Notes under the pieces: generated by a model
Told to the model about the DNA's origin: nothing
What the model saw: the letters and a program-made list of their open reading frames with translations, nothing else
Databases searched by the model: none
Assembly (NCBI GenBank): GCA_000708835.1
Contig: DF237619.1
Location: forward strand, 13,623 to 47,486
DNA from: Klebsormidium nitens
Taxonomy: Eukaryota > Plantae > Klebsormidiophyceae
Length of the DNA stretch: 33,864 bases
Direction of reading: 5' to 3'
Part shown: positions 31,935 through 33,864 of the stretch, piece by piece
How positions within the stretch are numbered: the first letter of the stretch is position 1
How the letters are laid out: each line of letters opens with the position of its first letter
Translations under genes and position numbers: made by a program

Positions 31935-32861
31935 TCAGACGTCTCTCGACATGTCCAGCAAGATGTCATCTACCGACTTACACCATTCCTTTTCTTCTTC
32001 AGGCTCGTTGAATGTCTCCCAAGCCCGCAATGACACCTGCCCCTTCTCCCTGCTGTTGCACGATAGCTTATGCTCCTTCCAGTCGCTAACCGAGCATTTC
32101 TTGGAGCAGTACGCCCTACCCTTGCAACGACTACAGACATGCAGTCTCTGCCACTCCGGGCCCGCCCTCCCTTCCGGCCTGGTCGCGAAGCAAAAAGCGC
32201 ACATCAGTTTGACGTCGACCGCCACGTCGATGTGCACCCTGGTGATCGGCCGGTCGTAGTTGCTCGTATCGAAGAAGACGCTCCCCGTGTTCAGGAGGTT
32301 GAGCATGTTCCTCGCTCCCTTTCGAAAGTTCCGAGACTCCTCTCCGGTAGAGCGGATCCTCGGTCTGTCCAAGAGCCGCATGTAGTGGACCAGGGAAGTC
32401 GAAGCATCAGGGGCACCCATCACCTTCAATGTATCTTCCAAGGTCGAGAGGTACTTCAGACTACGGAGAAGTTTGAGCACCATGAAAGCTATGTCGGTGA
32501 TGTACTCTCCCTGCCACCACTCCAGCCTCTTCGGGCCGCATGTCCCGTCGTCGTTGAGCTCGAGAAACCAGGTCGGTATGTCGTGGAGCAGCAGGTGGTG
32601 ATTGCTGGCCAACAGGCTCGTCAGAGACTTGATGTCGCCGTCCGTCAGCTGCCTTTTCATGGCGTTGTGGTTCAACTCCTCGCTCGCCTTCTTGACCATC
32701 TCGCAAACCCTGTGCTTACTCTGCAGAGACATGTCGCTAGGAGCATGCTTCTTGACGGCCTTGATAGCCACACACAGAGCCCTCCTCCCCTGCTGCGCAT
32801 TCACCAGATCATGGACGGCTATCTCTGCTCTATCAAGGGCCTTTTCGAAAGAGGGCGCCAT
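31935..32861 (-). CDS. MYND zinc-finger protein
   Basis: C-terminal CAFC...CSRCKGRAYCSKKCSVSDWKEHKLSC fits zf-MYND; 308-aa intronless ORF. Confidence 0.85.
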   Translation of the reverse strand: MAPSFEKALDRAEIAVHDLVNAQQGRRALCVAIKAVKKHAPSDMSLQSKHRVCEMVKKASEELNHNAMKRQLTDGDIKSLTSLLASNHHLLLHDIPTWFLELNDDGTCGPKRLEWWQGEYITDIAFMVLKLLRSLKYLSTLEDTLKVMGAPDASTSLVHYMRLLDRPRIRSTGEESRNFRKGARNMLNLLNTGSVFFDTSNYDRPITRVHIDVAVDVKLMCAFCFATRPEGRAGPEWQRLHVCSRCKGRAYCSKKCSVSDWKEHKLSCNSREKGQVSLRAWETFNEPEEEKEWCKSVDDILLDMSRDV

Positions 32862-32919
32862 CTTCCACCGCGAGTCTGAAAAGAATGTGTTGCCTTCTCA
32901 GTGATTTTATATGTGTGAA

Positions 32920-32966
32920 AATGGCGTCCGAGAGCTCGCCCCATTGAATGGTGTCCGAGAGCTCGC
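32920..32966. repeat. 20-bp direct repeat, period 27, in a divergent intergenic region
   Basis: aatggcgtccgagagctcgc (32920) and aatggtgtccgagagctcgc (32947), one mismatch. Confidence 0.8.
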
Positions 32967-33088
32967 GTAAGCTACTAGCGCACGTGCGAATGCCGTCCGA
33001 AACACGCATGTCGGACGCCAGTCTCGATATGAGGAAATTTCAGCGTCGATATAGGGCCGTCGACTCTCCGTAACCGACGTCAGGCACC

Positions 33089-33864
33089 ATGGAGCGTACC
33101 GAGCGTGCACCGACCTCGCCCATCGAGTCCGTCGACGCGGACGTGCTGCTGGAACTGCTCGAGAGACATTCGGACATGAGGGCCTCTTCCGTCGCTTCCC
33201 TGGCATGCACCTCGAGGAGCTTCAGAGACGCCGCTGGAAGGGCTTGGCCGTTGATGATGGCAGCATACGAACGAAGGTGTGACGAAACGTCCAGAGCGAG
33301 GCCTTCCATAGACCTGGGCCGATGCGTCGATCCACTGGCGTGCGAGGAAGACTGCGAGTATGAGGCGGACACCACGCCCTCGGGAAAACCATACGTGAGC
33401 TTCTCCGTCCGGAATCTCATGACGGAGGCGGACAAAGAAGCCGCGTTGATGCCCGTGTCAACCGCCAGGAAGACATTCTTCCTAGCGACAGAGGATTTGA
33501 GGTCTCTACGAGCATACAAAGACGTGCACGCGAGGAAGTTCTTCCGCTTCCGCGACGTCATCGAGGCGACGATGCTACGCTTCGGGCGGAGAGAGGCCAT
33601 GAAGAAGATGCTGGCGTACGCGAGGAAGCGAGACAGGGCTCAGGATGCTCGAGCTTCGAGGTGGCGGGAAGTGGAGGAGATCTCACGCTCCACCGTCCAA
33701 GAGAGCGATTGGCCGTGCTGTCACGACCTCCTGGAGATAGCGGGGGACTACCATGGAGCTGGCCAGAACCCTACTTCCTGATGCCTAACGAGAAGGGAAT
33801 CGTGCAGCACCTGCACGTGGGTTACTGCCTGACGGGAGACAGGCGTTTCGTCCAGGACGCGATC
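33089..33864 (+). pseudogene. F-box-like plus XPA C-terminal-like protein, apparently frameshifted near 33700, running past the window end
   Basis: F-box-like N-terminus IESVDADVLLELLERH...ASLACTSRSFRDAA. XPA_C-like VSTARKTFFLATEDLRSL...FFRFRDVIEATMLRFG. After about 33700 another frame stays open to the end (ERLAVLSRPPGDSGGLPWSWPEPYFLMPNEKGIVQHLHVGYCL). Confidence 0.55.

Larger units (their letters stand above)
23719..33864. mobile_element. Endogenous giant-virus (Nucleocytoviricota-like) segment, continuing past the window end; left edge approximate
   Basis: Abrupt switch from long-intron genes to compact intronless ORFs with short spacers. Gene set typical of algal large DNA viruses: dCMP deaminase, HGDxH-type kinase, HGGG-repeat nuclease, MYND, F-box-like, Ulp1-like protease, jelly-roll-like protein. 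No core NCLDV marker (MCP, polB, A32, D5) lies in the window. Confidence 0.7.

Noticed and set aside
23719-33864. Polinton/Maverick or virophage instead of a giant virus
   Set aside because: No pPolB, integrase, packaging ATPase or long TIR seen. The kinase, dCMP deaminase, MYND and F-box cargo fit NCLDVs better. Not fully excluded.
23400-33864. AAAATTGA early-promoter motif of Mimiviridae
   Set aside because: Only loose AT-rich patches upstream of the ORFs; no exact recurrent motif seen.

Overview
Eukaryotic genomic DNA, probably a green alga or early streptophyte (Klebsormidium-like; inferred from GC-rich exons, long GT-AG introns and gene content). Positions 1 to about 23 kb are host-like and hold three spliced genes: a 2OG-Fe(II) oxygenase-family gene (250-6026, +, with two apparent disablements), UTP18 (9772-17062, +, five exons, open spliced frame) and an unidentified minus-strand membrane-protein gene (about 18075-22811). 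Two MITEs also lie in this part. From about 23.7 kb to the window end the DNA is intronless and gene-dense and looks like an endogenous giant-virus (Nucleocytoviricota) segment. It encodes a Ulp1-type protease pseudogene, an HGGG zinc-repeat/PD-(D/E)XK nuclease, a Ser/Thr kinase, a dCMP deaminase, a jelly-roll-like membrane protein, a MYND-finger protein and an F-box/XPA-like protein, with an 887-N gap. The standout is a 2175-bp transposase-less element (25474-27648) with TA flanks and CCGT-starting terminal inverted repeats. It carries a frameshifted Fanzor (TnpB-like RNA-guided nuclease) and a hairpin-rich 3' end. It appears to have inserted into the TAA stop codon of the viral nuclease gene, at the centre of a palindrome. 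All protein assignments come from motif recognition by eye, not database searches.
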